Numbered from the stretch's first letter, positions 36,768-46,583 are shown. The stretch is 64,000 nt of DNA from Candidatus Curtissbacteria bacterium (GCA_030647775.1 JAUSJC010000005.1:3911-67910); one strand, 5' to 3'. Numbers and translations are program-made. Notes: generated by a model not told the origin, from the letters alone.

Positions 36768-37888
36768 TGGGTTGAAGCCTCTTTTAAAGTAGCGGTCAAA
36801 TCTATGGTTTGTCCCACGCGAAATAGCCGTATCTTAACCGTGTCCCCAACCTTTTTTGTACGGATGATTGAAGAAAGAGTATTTTCATCAGTTAATTTAC
36901 GTCCGTCAAGCTGGGTAATAATATCTCCGACTTTTATCCCCGCGGCAAAAGCCCCGGAACCGGCAATAACACTCCTAACAAGTTCCCCTTCCGGGACCTC
37001 ATTTAAAAGCGCCACGTCTCGGGGAATATGAGTATACGTCACCCCAAGTTGCGGCCTGGAAATTTTGCCGCCGGAGGATTTAAAGTCGTCAATCAGCTGT
37101 TTGGCAATATTAATTTTTATCGCAAAACCGATATTTTGGGCATCGGCAATAGCCGTATCAATAGCAATAACCTGCCCCAAAATATTAACCAGGGGTCCCC
37201 CGGAATTACCCGGGTTAATCGCCGCGTCGGTCTGCACCAGATCATCGAGTTTTTCGGCAACCCCCGTTAAGGGGTCGATGGGAGAAACTCCCCGGCCCAA
37301 ACCCGAAACGACACCGGTTGTCACCGTATTTTCAAATTGTCCAAGAGCGTTTCCAATAGCAATTACTTTTTGCCCGACCTTCAATTTATCTGAATCACCA
37401 AAATCAACCGGGATAAGATCCGTCGCCTCCACCTTAATAATTGCCAAATCGTTAAAAGGGTCCCGGTTGATTTGTGTTACCGGCATCTTTTTTTCCAGCC
37501 CGTTTTTATCGCGGGTTATGGCAATGTACTTCTCCCCTTCTTGGGCAACTACATGTTTATTGGTAAGGATTAACCCGTCTTTCGAAACCACAAACCCCGT
37601 CCCTATTCCCGACTGCTTACTGGTTGGCTGGGAAAACCCAAATAGTGGATCAAACAGCTGCCTGTTTTCAACAGCGATTGAAACAACGGACGGTGAAACT
37701 TTTTGGACGGCATCAATAACTGCCGACTCTTCATCAATTACCCTAACCGTCTGCGACAGGTTGTTTAGAGGCACGCTTGGCAAGGTCTTTCCGAAACCCC
37801 GCAGCGCCGCAAATGTGCTGACCACACCAAGAGCAAAAACCAAAAGTATTAGACTGGGTTTTTTAAACTTTACAAACTCAAGCTTCAT
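36764..37888 (-). CDS. HtrA/DegP-family serine protease
   Basis: TNKHVV, DLAII, TDAAINPGNSGGPL, PDZ domain. Confidence 0.94.
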   Translation of the reverse strand: MKLEFVKFKKPSLILLVFALGVVSTFAALRGFGKTLPSVPLNNLSQTVRVIDEESAVIDAVQKVSPSVVSIAVENRQLFDPLFGFSQPTSKQSGIGTGFVVSKDGLILTNKHVVAQEGEKYIAITRDKNGLEKKMPVTQINRDPFNDLAIIKVEATDLIPVDFGDSDKLKVGQKVIAIGNALGQFENTVTTGVVSGLGRGVSPIDPLTGVAEKLDDLVQTDAAINPGNSGGPLVNILGQVIAIDTAIADAQNIGFAIKINIAKQLIDDFKSSGGKISRPQLGVTYTHIPRDVALLNEVPEGELVRSVIAGSGAFAAGIKVGDIITQLDGRKLTDENTLSSIIRTKKVGDTVKIRLFRVGQTIDLTATLKEASTQ

Positions 37889-37901
37889 GAAATGATTTGG
37901 A

Positions 37902-39146
37902 TCAAAAGAGCTCTAGGGCTTTTTCCAGTTGCGTATCTAATTTGTCGTCTGCCTTAGGTTCAATTATAACATCCGGCGTAATCCCTACGCTGTTTATTGA
38001 TGTCCCGTTTGGCGTCAGCCACTTTGCAAAAGTAACATGGAGTGAAGAGCCGCCGGCAAACGGCACGACGTCCTGCACGCTCCCCTTGCCAAAAGTCTTC
38101 TCACCAATAAGTTTCCCGCGGTTGTTGTCTTTGACTGCACCCGAAAAAATCTCAGCAGCCGATGCCGAGCCGCCGTTAACCAGAACCGAAAGAGGCACCG
38201 AAAGCAATTTCCCTGTGTGATCCGCGCCAAGCGCCGTCACCGTCCCATCAGAAGTTTCTTGCTTTACAACTGTCCCCGAAATAAATTCACTTGCCACATG
38301 GATTCCCGAAGTAAGTAACCCGCCCGGGTTATTGCGCATATCAACAATTACCCCATAAACTTTATTGGAAATAATATCGGAAACCGCGCTGTCCCATTCA
38401 GTGTCTGTCGTGTCTCCGAATCGTGAAATATGGATAACCCCGATTTTCCCCTTTTTGCTGTCTTTGTATTCCACTTCTACGCTTTTAACTGTAATTTGCG
38501 CCCGCTCGATTTCTTTTTCATAAGGCTTATCGGCTCCTTCGCGCATCAAAGTCAGCTTTACTTTTGTTCCCAACTTACCGCGGATCAAATCAACTGCCTC
38601 CGGCAGTGTTATATCGAAAGTATCCTTATTGCCGATCTTGAGAATAAGGTCTTTAGGCTTAACCCCTGCCGCCTCGGCCGGCGTTCCCTTGAGTGGAGCA
38701 ATAACGACTAAACGCTTGTCCTTATTAAAACCGATTTGAATTCCCACACCCTGATAACTTCCGGCCAGTTCTTCCGTAATTGCCTGGTTCTGCTTTGGGT
38801 CCAAAAATACCGTATAAGGGTCGCCAAGCGACTTTACCATTCCCGCAATTGCCCCATACAAAATCTTCTGTCCGTCAATGGCGGTCTTGTCCAAATACTT
38901 TTGGGGCAAAGTATCAAAAACCCTCCAGAAAAGCGAAAAATCTACGTTCTGGTAGGCCGCCGGTGTCTGGTTGGCAAAAGTAATGTTCGGGATAAAACCT
39001 TTTTTATCAATTGCCACCTTCTTCTGTCCCAAGGCAAAGCCCAGAGCAAAGAAAATTAGCCCAACCATAAAAAATTGGATAACAAAATTTAAAACTCCTG
39101 AAGATTTTTTAGAAGAGGAGATCTTTGGGATTTGCAAATTGACCAT
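37902..39146 (-). CDS. S41 carboxyl-terminal processing protease
   Basis: DMRNNPGG, SASAAE, TFGKGSVQ, GITPD. Confidence 0.94.
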   Translation of the reverse strand: MVNLQIPKISSSKKSSGVLNFVIQFFMVGLIFFALGFALGQKKVAIDKKGFIPNITFANQTPAAYQNVDFSLFWRVFDTLPQKYLDKTAIDGQKILYGAIAGMVKSLGDPYTVFLDPKQNQAITEELAGSYQGVGIQIGFNKDKRLVVIAPLKGTPAEAAGVKPKDLILKIGNKDTFDITLPEAVDLIRGKLGTKVKLTLMREGADKPYEKEIERAQITVKSVEVEYKDSKKGKIGVIHISRFGDTTDTEWDSAVSDIISNKVYGVIVDMRNNPGGLLTSGIHVASEFISGTVVKQETSDGTVTALGADHTGKLLSVPLSVLVNGGSASAAEIFSGAVKDNNRGKLIGEKTFGKGSVQDVVPFAGGSSLHVTFAKWLTPNGTSINSVGITPDVIIEPKADDKLDTQLEKALELF

Positions 39147-39290
39147 AATTTCGAATTTGAGAGAAATTACAAGCTCTCTTATGCTTTAATTTCGAGCTTG
39201 CGAGAAACAAGCTCTCTTATTGTACCCGCATCGATAGATGCAAATCCAGACCTGATACTTACTTCTCTGAAGGAGAATAAGCTCTCTTAT
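39147..39290 (+). repeat. Three family B units (hairpin plus AAGCTCTCTTAT)
   Basis: Motif at 39171, 39209 and 39279. Confidence 0.7.
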
Positions 39291-39305
39291 ACCTAATACG
39301 TTACT

Positions 39306-39533
39306 TTATCCCTGCACAAATGGTAAAAACGCTAAAACTCTTGCCCTTTTAATACCGCTGGTTATTTGCCTTTGATGCTTGGCACAAATTCCGGTTCTTG
39401 CACGGGATTGAATTTTACCGCGTTCTGAAAGGTGTCTCCGAAGAAGCACCGTGTCTTTATAATCTACAGTCGTGCCTGAAGCACATAAAGGACAGTTTTT
39501 GGCTCTTTTTAATCTGGCAATTATTCTTTGCAT
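39306..39533 (-). CDS. rpsR: 30S ribosomal protein S18
   Basis: CPLC…DYKD…SERGKI…TGICAKHQR…IKRAR…LPF. Confidence 0.96.
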   Translation of the reverse strand: MQRIIARLKRAKNCPLCASGTTVDYKDTVLLRRHLSERGKIQSRARTGICAKHQRQITSGIKRARVLAFLPFVQG

Positions 39534-39618
39534 GTTTTAATTTTGACTAATGACTAAAGACAAATGACTAAAGTTATAAATTTTTGCCTCAGTCGTTAGT
39601 CCTTCGTCTTTCGACGAC

Positions 39619-40239
39619 TCAAAACGGTAAGTCGTCTAAATCTACCTTTTGATCTTCTTCGTTCGTCTTCGGCTCTCCGCCAGTCTTCGACCCTGAGGGC
39701 TCAGACCCCGAATGGGCTGGCGGATCTTCGTTTTTGGCTGCCTTCACTGCCCTTTTGGGTTTATCTTCTGCACCGCCTGCTTCAGCAGAAACTTTCTCCC
39801 CGCCATCCGCCGGTGCTTTCTCTTCGGCGTCCTCGGCGTCCAAAACCTCTTCCGCAGGACTACCCGCAGCACCCTCTGCTGTCCCCACCCCATAACCCGG
39901 TCTCGAATCCAAAATTCTCATGTCGTCAATTACCACCTCTGTCGTCTGGCGGTTTTGACCATCCGGGGTTTCCCAGCTTCTTGTTTGCAGCCTTCCCTCA
40001 ACATAGACTTTGCGGCCTTTGGTCAAAAGCTGTGAACAAAGCTCTGCCAGCTTACCCCAGGAAACAATTTTAGAAAATTCCACTTCCTCTTTTTTCTGCC
40101 CGTCGGAAGATGTATAAACCCTGTTTGTCGCAACGCCAAACGAACAAACCGCGGCTCCGGATGGCGTATACCTTAACTCCGGATCCCGCGTTAAATTCCC
40201 GATCAAAAGTACTTTGTTAAGTGATGCCCTACTTGCCAT
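39619..40239 (-). CDS. ssb: Single-stranded DNA-binding protein
   Basis: LNKVLLIGNLTRDPELRYTP…DDLPF. Confidence 0.96.
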   Translation of the reverse strand: MASRASLNKVLLIGNLTRDPELRYTPSGAAVCSFGVATNRVYTSSDGQKKEEVEFSKIVSWGKLAELCSQLLTKGRKVYVEGRLQTRSWETPDGQNRQTTEVVIDDMRILDSRPGYGVGTAEGAAGSPAEEVLDAEDAEEKAPADGGEKVSAEAGGAEDKPKRAVKAAKNEDPPAHSGSEPSGSKTGGEPKTNEEDQKVDLDDLPF

Positions 40240-40245
40240 GATCTA

Positions 40246-40740
40246 CTACTTCTTTCCTTTTGCTTTTGGCGCTTTACTTGTCGATTTTACCGGTTTTGCC
40301 TCTTTTTTGGAAGTTGTGACCTTAGTGGTAACTGTTACTTTCGGCTTAACCTCCACCTTCGGCTCTTCCTTCTTTTCACTTTGCCTGCCCGCCAAAGCCT
40401 TGGTGTCGGCGGGGCTTTCGACTTTGCCTGCCCGTCCCCCTGGCGGGACTTTCGACTTTGACTTTCTTTGCGGTTTTACTTTAATTAAGAGGTGTCTCAA
40501 AACCGCTTCCTGCTCCAGCCTTATCTTTCTATCAAGCGCCAAAATCTCTGCCGGATCCGCGTCAAAATTAAACAGGAAATATTCTGCCTCTGTTTGTTTG
40601 GCAATCTTATATGCCAGAGGCTTTTTGCCCATCTTTTCGCTTTTTACATTTTGGGCATTGGCTTCCTTCAAAAACTTCTCGACCCTCTCGAAAAGCGCCG
40701 CCGCGCCGTCAACAGTCCCAACAACAATAAGTTCGTACAT
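40246..40740 (-). CDS. rpsF: 30S ribosomal protein S6 with long basic tail
   Basis: MYEL…GKKPLAYKI…VLRHL; rpsF-ssb-rpsR synteny. Confidence 0.9.
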   Translation of the reverse strand: MYELIVVGTVDGAAALFERVEKFLKEANAQNVKSEKMGKKPLAYKIAKQTEAEYFLFNFDADPAEILALDRKIRLEQEAVLRHLLIKVKPQRKSKSKVPPGGRAGKVESPADTKALAGRQSEKKEEPKVEVKPKVTVTTKVTTSKKEAKPVKSTSKAPKAKGKK

Positions 40741-40753
40741 GGAGGAAATGATA

Positions 40754-40783
40754 TCAGACACCTAAGTTTAATTCAATAATTAA
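40754..40783 (-). pseudogene. Probable ghost of ychF 3' end (LIIELNLGV*)
   Basis: Aligns ungapped with MVVEFRFSV* (41304-41333), 17/30 nt. Confidence 0.5.
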
Positions 40784-40812
40784 GGTTTAGCCTAATGATT
40801 CCTTTATCTGTC

Positions 40813-40845
40813 TTGACTCATACTAATATACTTGTATACTAGTAT
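40813..40845 (+). promoter_or_regulatory. Promoter with 26-bp palindrome for TrpR-like gene 3
   Basis: TTGACT-N16-TATACT; ATACTAATATACTTGTATACTAGTAT 40820-40845. Confidence 0.7.
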
Positions 40846-40847
40846 TT

Positions 40848-41279
40848 ATGCCCAGAGCATCTAAATACAAACTCACTACCACAAAATTAACAGAACTCGA
40901 AAGCCATTTCTCTTATCTCATATCTTCTTTGAATAAACCTGGGGATATAAAATTGTTCTTTGATGAATTTTTAACAAGTGAAGAAAAACTAATGCTAACA
41001 AAGCGTCTGGTTCTTATAATGATGCTGAAAAGAGATTACCCGGATTATGTCTGTCAAGGCGCCCTCCATATCAGCTACGAAACTGTAAGGAATTACAAAA
41101 TTTATCTCAACCATAAATCTCAAGCATTCGACAAAACAATAGATCGACTAATCAGTAGACAAAAAACTAGAGAGTTATTTGAAAAAATTGATAAGGTTTT
41201 AAAACCGTTAGAACTCGCTCTAAAGTCTGGAACAAATATGAAGGCTCGAGCAAAATTCGCCTCGGGCGATTGGACTTAA
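40848..41279 (+). CDS. TrpR-like (YerC/YecD-type) HTH protein 3
   Basis: FLTSEEKLMLTKRL…LHISYETV. Confidence 0.78.
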   Translation: MPRASKYKLTTTKLTELESHFSYLISSLNKPGDIKLFFDEFLTSEEKLMLTKRLVLIMMLKRDYPDYVCQGALHISYETVRNYKIYLNHKSQAFDKTIDRLISRQKTRELFEKIDKVLKPLELALKSGTNMKARAKFASGDWT

Positions 41280-41304
41280 CACAGATATACTTGTATACCT
41301 AGTT
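41279..41304. promoter_or_regulatory. Downstream palindrome copy for TrpR-like gene 3
   Basis: 14-nt core ATATACTTGTATAC identical to the upstream site; fills the gap between two stop codons. Confidence 0.65.
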
Positions 41305-42392
41305 CAAACACTGAAACGAAATTCCACTACCATCCCGTCTTTTATCGCCTCTGTCTTCCCAATTGTTTTAATTTTCCCTTGATCTTTGGCGTTCTTCCAC
41401 CCCCCACAACCCACAAGCTCTTCCCAATCTATTACTTCCGCCGCGATAAATCCCCTTTCAAAATCGGTATGGATTACTCCCGCCGCTTGTGGTGCCAATG
41501 CTCCTTTTTGAGTCGTCCAAGCACGAACTTCCTTCGGCCCGGCCGTAAGGAATGTAATCAGGCCTAAAGTTTCATAAGCCTTCTTTATTAATATATTCAA
41601 GCCTGGCTCGGCAACTCCAAGCTCGGCTAGATACAACTTTTGCTCTTCCGCATCAAGACTCGCCAAATCTTCCTCCGTCTTGGCACATATTCTCACTTCG
41701 TTGTCATTGCGAGGAGCTTGCGACGAAGCAATCTCTTCCTCGTCACTATTCAAAACAATGATGGATTTTTTAGTCGACAACAGTTGTAGATCCTTTATCT
41801 TTTCCAGCTCATCATTATCCAAATTTTCCTCAAGCCACTTCCCTTGCTCAATCAGTCCTTTTGCTTTTTGAAGCACTGCAGCCGCCTGATGTCTTGGATC
41901 TTGGACAGTAGCTGACCTTAATTCTTTGTTTAAAGTTTCAAGTCTCTTGTTTATTGTTTCTAAGTCTTTGAGCATCAGCTCCGTTTTTAAAACCTCAAGG
42001 TCGCTTTTTGGGTTCTCGCTCCCCGCCCGCACAATATCTTCATTCTTAAAATCCCTTAGGACAAAAACAATTACATCCACTTCGCGGATATGAGAAAGGA
42101 ATTGGTTACCCAACCCTTCACCAGAAGCGGCACCCTTAACCAAACCTGCAATGTCCACAAAAGAAACCGTCGCCGGAATTATCTTAAAGTTCGGACCCAA
42201 ACCTTCTGTCTTCTCGACAATTTCTTTTAACTTTTCAAGCCGCTCATCCGGCACTTCGCAAACGCCGACGTTTGGCTCAATCGTCGCAAACGGATAGTTA
42301 GCCGAAAGCGCCACCTGCTTCTTAAGAAGCGCATTAAAAAGCGTCGACTTCCCCACATTCGGAAGCCCAACAATTCCCACAGAAAGATTCAT
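41304..42392 (-). CDS. ychF: Redox-regulated ATPase YchF
   Basis: GIVGLPNVGKST, NYPFATIEPN, DIAGLV, IHTDFERGFI. Confidence 0.97.
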   Translation of the reverse strand: MNLSVGIVGLPNVGKSTLFNALLKKQVALSANYPFATIEPNVGVCEVPDERLEKLKEIVEKTEGLGPNFKIIPATVSFVDIAGLVKGAASGEGLGNQFLSHIREVDVIVFVLRDFKNEDIVRAGSENPKSDLEVLKTELMLKDLETINKRLETLNKELRSATVQDPRHQAAAVLQKAKGLIEQGKWLEENLDNDELEKIKDLQLLSTKKSIIVLNSDEEEIASSQAPRNDNEVRICAKTEEDLASLDAEEQKLYLAELGVAEPGLNILIKKAYETLGLITFLTAGPKEVRAWTTQKGALAPQAAGVIHTDFERGFIAAEVIDWEELVGCGGWKNAKDQGKIKTIGKTEAIKDGMVVEFRFSV

Positions 42393-42456
42393 CGTTCAAC
42401 ATTTTACCATCAAACATCTTGACAATACATACCCAGTGTTATAACATTGTAATAAC

Positions 42457-42660
42457 ATGATCCAGAAAACTATTCAGGTCGGAAATTCCATCGCTGTAAT
42501 TATCCCTAAAAAAGTTCTCGACGAAAAAAGCATCAAAGTTGGCGACGCTGTCAATTTTTCAGTCGATCCCGTTTTTACTGCGGATCGCGAAATCCACGCC
42601 CTCACGCAGAGATTGATAAAACAATACCGCAGTGCCCTCGAAGAACTCGCTTCTAGGTGA
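42457..42660 (+). CDS. AbrB/MazE-type antitoxin
   Basis: QVGNSIAVIIPK…GD; TGTTATAACA palindrome upstream. Confidence 0.85.
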   Translation: MIQKTIQVGNSIAVIIPKKVLDEKSIKVGDAVNFSVDPVFTADREIHALTQRLIKQYRSALEELASR

Positions 42661-43034
42661 AATATCTAACACCCCAAGACGTTATCCAAATTCATTATGA
42701 ACTGGTGGAGGCCACTGGCGGATTACAAGGTTTGCGTGACCTGGGGCTTCTGGAATCGGCAGTGCTTAGGCCCGAGTCCAGCTTCGGAGGCAAAGACCTT
42801 TATCCAAATCTTATCTTAAAAGCCGCAGCACTCATGCACTCTCTTCTTTTAAATCACGTCTTTGCTGACGGCAATAAAAGAACAGCAACCGTATCAATGA
42901 TTGAATTTTTAATAACAAATGGTAAAAAGTTTGAAGCAACTAACCGGGAAATAGTTAACTTTGCTCTCTGGGTGGAAAACAAAAAACCCAAATTAGAAGA
43001 AATTGCCGCGTGGATTAAAAAACACACCAAGTAG
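42657..43034 (+). CDS. Doc/Fic family toxin
   Basis: HVFADGNKRTA Fic motif; RDLGLLESA. Confidence 0.92.
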   Translation: MKYLTPQDVIQIHYELVEATGGLQGLRDLGLLESAVLRPESSFGGKDLYPNLILKAAALMHSLLLNHVFADGNKRTATVSMIEFLITNGKKFEATNREIVNFALWVENKKPKLEEIAAWIKKHTK

Positions 43035-43156
43035 CAAAAACGTGAGCTTGGAAACTAAGGTCGTGGTTCTCTGATTTCCTGCCTGCCGGCAGGCAAGGTC
43101 GATCAAAATAAATTATCGGCACTCCAAGCAAGACATAATTCATATAGGAAATAATT

Positions 43157-43414
43157 TTATCCATACAAATTACTGTGGCTATCAATTGCAACAAAAAGTG
43201 CACCTTCTGAATCTTTTTTAAATATTACTCGTATATCGCCTGTGATATTTATACTTCTATAGCCTAGATACTTTCCTTTTAATGCATGGTTATTCAAAAC
43301 CGGATCAAATTCATCTTGTATAAATAGATTTCTTCTGTCTTTAAATTTTCTTTTCTGGGATTCGGTTAACTTTTTATAATGTTTTTTGAAGTTCTTATGC
43401 AAATGGACAATCAT
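43157..43414 (-). CDS. RelE/YafQ-family toxin
   Basis: FKKHYKKL…HALKGKY…RSINITGDIR…HSNLY. Confidence 0.88.
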   Translation of the reverse strand: MIVHLHKNFKKHYKKLTESQKRKFKDRRNLFIQDEFDPVLNNHALKGKYLGYRSINITGDIRVIFKKDSEGALFVAIDSHSNLYG

Positions 43415-43686
43415 TGAGAATCAAGATATCTGTCCATTTCTTCAGCAGTGGAAAAAGGGCCAACAATATTTCTATTATGCTTAATATCCTCTTCAACTCT
43501 GTCGAGAAGCTTCTCGAGCTCCGGTGTCATTTGTGGAGTATCAGAAAAAATTATTTCCCGGGTCCTAATGAAATTGCGGAGTGACGCATTTATCACATCA
43601 CTGAGATTGAGACCGAGCGCATGGGCAACTTTAACCGCATTTTCCTTAACCTCTTTATCAGCCTTTATATGAATTACAGTTTGCAT
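43411..43686 (-). CDS. RelB/DinJ-family antitoxin
   Basis: RHH pattern IHIKADKEVKENA…LGLNLSDVIN; overlaps toxin start. Confidence 0.82.
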   Translation of the reverse strand: MQTVIHIKADKEVKENAVKVAHALGLNLSDVINASLRNFIRTREIIFSDTPQMTPELEKLLDRVEEDIKHNRNIVGPFSTAEEMDRYLDSQ

Positions 43687-43758
43687 AATAACCAAAGTAT
43701 ATACAACAGTTACGTGAATGTCAAGACAATTTAACGGTTTTGTGTAGTACGTTGTGCC

Positions 43759-44445
43759 TTATTGAGGCTTGAAAGTGGCGATGGAGGCATCCACATAGTC
43801 TTTGTACGTACTCCACATGCCTTCATTAACTCCGCCTAAAATAGCGTAAAGATTCTTCGGCGATGTTATAACCATATATCTACCGTGCATATTTTCCCCA
43901 CCCAGTACCCCTGTAAATTCCATCTCATAGGCATTTTCTTCCCCCACCTTAATCTCACCCTCTTTGAGAAATTTAACATCGCTGAATTGCTTTTTTAGCT
44001 GGACTTTATGCAAATCCGCAATTGTTGCCAGCTTTGTGTCTTTATAATCACCTATGGGGACCGAAAAGACAGAAATTAAAGCATCAGCCTTATCTGAACC
44101 CTTGGTATCGGAAGACTTATAAATAGTGACATTGGTGGTAGCACTGTTAACTTTCCATCCTTCCGGATAGCTGATGGAAAATCCTAATTTAGAATCGACA
44201 AACGGTTCGGCACTAAGCTTAATTTGGGATTTTGGTTTCTCTGTGGGCTGGGCCGTAGACTGTGAAACTTGAGATCCGGCTTGGCTTTTGCTCTTATCGT
44301 CGACTTTAACGTACCCTGAAAACTTAAGAGTACCTGAAGCTATTAAAAAAACGGCTATCCCCAAAATTACCACCCCGCCAATTACCAGAAGATTGGCAAA
44401 CCCCTTTTGCCGCGAAGAAAAATCGGGATGGGCAGATTTATTCAT
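43759..44445 (-). CDS. Membrane-anchored PsbP/DcrB-like protein
   Basis: QKGF plus TM; FSISYPEGW…SIATFK. Confidence 0.7.
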   Translation of the reverse strand: MNKSAHPDFSSRQKGFANLLVIGGVVILGIAVFLIASGTLKFSGYVKVDDKSKSQAGSQVSQSTAQPTEKPKSQIKLSAEPFVDSKLGFSISYPEGWKVNSATTNVTIYKSSDTKGSDKADALISVFSVPIGDYKDTKLATIADLHKVQLKKQFSDVKFLKEGEIKVGEENAYEMEFTGVLGGENMHGRYMVITSPKNLYAILGGVNEGMWSTYKDYVDASIATFKPQ

Positions 44446-44491
44446 CTACTTAATTAACTAAATAAAAACCCTTCATTGTCAAGTGGTCATA

Positions 44492-45316
44492 TTACTCAAA
44501 TTTAAAAGTATCCATAGATTGTTTCAGCTGTAACCCCCTTTTGTCCCAATAAGGCTCAAAGGCTTTACCGGCAACCGTTATAAGGTAACCATTTTTGTAA
44601 AATACATAGCTAAGAATCCTTACCTTTGCTTGCTGCAGCACCTTATCCATATCTTCTTGGATGTCTTTTCGCGAAACATTCACCCCTTCTTTAGCAGCTT
44701 TAGCCAGTTCCTCTTGCATTTGAGACTCTAGTATTTTTTGGGCTGTCTCACGAATATCCATTACGGATTCTAAAGCATACGCCTCTTCCCCATTGACTTT
44801 AATTTTTTGTCTCTGGCTAATCGTTACGGTGGAATTTACCTTATTAAGGATCGCGGATTCTAAAGCATCATCAAGGTTTTTAAACTCTGATTTTACTATA
44901 TTAATACTCAAACTGGACCGGACATTTACTGTCCAGAGGATACCTGCTGCACCTTCTGAAATTTCATCTTTGACGGGAGAGACAAATTCAACCACAATAT
45001 TGCCGTATGGCGCTACCTTTTCCCATCCTGCCGGTGGGTATATGGAGAATTTAGGAACTGCAGCATTAGCTGTGTCTATCTTTTGCTCAAAAGGTTTATC
45101 CGCCAGTCTGCCGCTGTTAGCTAAGTTAACCTCTGCACTTTGGGGTGTTGGCGCGGGTGAACCTTTCAACTCTGTTGTTTGGGAGGTTTTATCGCTTCTT
45201 ACTTTAATTTCGTTCCTGGATTTATAGACAACTCCGGCAACACCTGTTATCACAACAGTCAGGATTATCACCAAGATAATAGGAACAAAACCTTTTCGGT
45301 TTTTGAATTTGGGCAT
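44492..45316 (-). CDS. Membrane-anchored PsbP-like protein with helical insert
   Basis: RKGF plus TM; FSIYPPAGW…SMDTFKF. Confidence 0.65.
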   Translation of the reverse strand: MPKFKNRKGFVPIILVIILTVVITGVAGVVYKSRNEIKVRSDKTSQTTELKGSPAPTPQSAEVNLANSGRLADKPFEQKIDTANAAVPKFSIYPPAGWEKVAPYGNIVVEFVSPVKDEISEGAAGILWTVNVRSSLSINIVKSEFKNLDDALESAILNKVNSTVTISQRQKIKVNGEEAYALESVMDIRETAQKILESQMQEELAKAAKEGVNVSRKDIQEDMDKVLQQAKVRILSYVFYKNGYLITVAGKAFEPYWDKRGLQLKQSMDTFKFE

Positions 45317-45378
45317 TGATTAAACTTTAGCCCTTTACATTTGACAGGTCAAGTTTCCTAATCTATGCTTAATTTTAG

Positions 45379-45861
45379 ATGGATTTTCCTTATATATTTA
45401 TCTTAGTAACAATACTTATTGTATCCCCGTTTATTTTGGCTTTAGCATCAAAACAAGGTAAGCAGGCTAAACAAAACTTAAAATATATTTTCCTTACTCT
45501 TTTATTGTCCCAAATACTTTTGGGTTTTTTAAATTGGGAAAATTTTCAAGGAACGGGCAGAAGCGGTTTCGATCTCTCTCTTGCGTATCCTGGCTCATTT
45601 TTGGGATTGTTTTTTATAATATCCCTACTGCAAATCACCCTATTGGTTCTTAACAAACCTTTCAATAAGGCGGTTGCTGTCTTCAATTTTATCAATTCAC
45701 TAGTAATTTTTGCAGGGATGATCAGGTTGAGCAGTTTATTGGAAAAACAAATCTTTAGTCTACCCAGCATTGGCGCAGTATTCCTGGTCTTAATTGGGAA
45801 TGTTATTTCTCTGATGTGGATTAATAGAGACAAAAATTTGCTGAAAAAATACCCCTTTTAA
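45379..45861 (+). CDS. Membrane protein
   Basis: Five hydrophobic segments. Confidence 0.7.
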   Translation: MDFPYIFILVTILIVSPFILALASKQGKQAKQNLKYIFLTLLLSQILLGFLNWENFQGTGRSGFDLSLAYPGSFLGLFFIISLLQITLLVLNKPFNKAVAVFNFINSLVIFAGMIRLSSLLEKQIFSLPSIGAVFLVLIGNVISLMWINRDKNLLKKYPF

Positions 45862-45864
45862 AAT

Positions 45865-46203
45865 ATGAGGAATTTAATTTTACTGATAATAATAGTTGTA
45901 TTAGCCGGTGCAGGCTATTTTGCTTTCCAAAAACTAAGTTCGACACAAACGCCAACCCCGGCACCGGCGCAAACTGTACCTTCTAAAATTACTTCCGAAC
46001 AGGCAGTCGCAAGCGTTAAAAATCTGCCGGAAATACAAGACTACCTAAAAAGGGTTCCCAACGGGAAAATTGAGGTGGATAGTGGAGATGAAAGTGAGTA
46101 TAGCGTCCATGTTTATGAAATTAAAGATGGCCACACTGCCACTTTCAACTGGTACAGTGTCAATATAAAGGATGGCAAAGTGAAACCGCAGTTCCCCCAA
46201 TAA
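45865..46203 (+). CDS. Small exported protein (PepSY-like)
   Basis: TM segment; ITSEQAV…VHVYE…VNIKDGKV. Confidence 0.65.
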   Translation: MRNLILLIIIVVLAGAGYFAFQKLSSTQTPTPAPAQTVPSKITSEQAVASVKNLPEIQDYLKRVPNGKIEVDSGDESEYSVHVYEIKDGHTATFNWYSVNIKDGKVKPQFPQ

Positions 46204-46211
46204 AAATCCCC

Positions 46212-46583
46212 ATGCCCCAAAATTTTGAAGAGCTGATAGCTATATATAAAAAAGTTATTGAGCCAAAATTACAAAATTGGGCGGTTTTTGAAAATGGTAC
46301 TTGTGTCATCATCTACAATTCCCCAAGGGATTTAAAAGAAGAAGCAACAGAAGTCCTGGAAAAATATGGCCAAATTATACCGGGCACTTCCTCTGCCGAT
46401 TTCACCGTTTTAAAAGTTGATTCCGGCTGGATCGTTGCCGGAGATCAGGCGGGTATTTTAAATTATGTATCGGAAAATGAAGGCAGTGGTAAGGAAGATC
46501 CTGAAATTGGACTTATCGGAAGAAACAAAAAAGAGCAGGATCGCAAAGAATCAAAGATAATTTATATTAATTCCTCCACTTAG
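46212..46583 (+). CDS. Hypothetical protein
   Basis: WAVFENGTCV…PGTSSADF; operon-like spacing. Confidence 0.7.
   Translation: MPQNFEELIAIYKKVIEPKLQNWAVFENGTCVIIYNSPRDLKEEATEVLEKYGQIIPGTSSADFTVLKVDSGWIVAGDQAGILNYVSENEGSGKEDPEIGLIGRNKKEQDRKESKIIYINSST

Noticed and set aside
39147-39290. CRISPR-like repeat of AAGCTCTCTTAT
   Set aside because: Repeat is only 12 nt, spacing is irregular (38 and 70 nt), there are no cas genes, and the motif is dispersed elsewhere.
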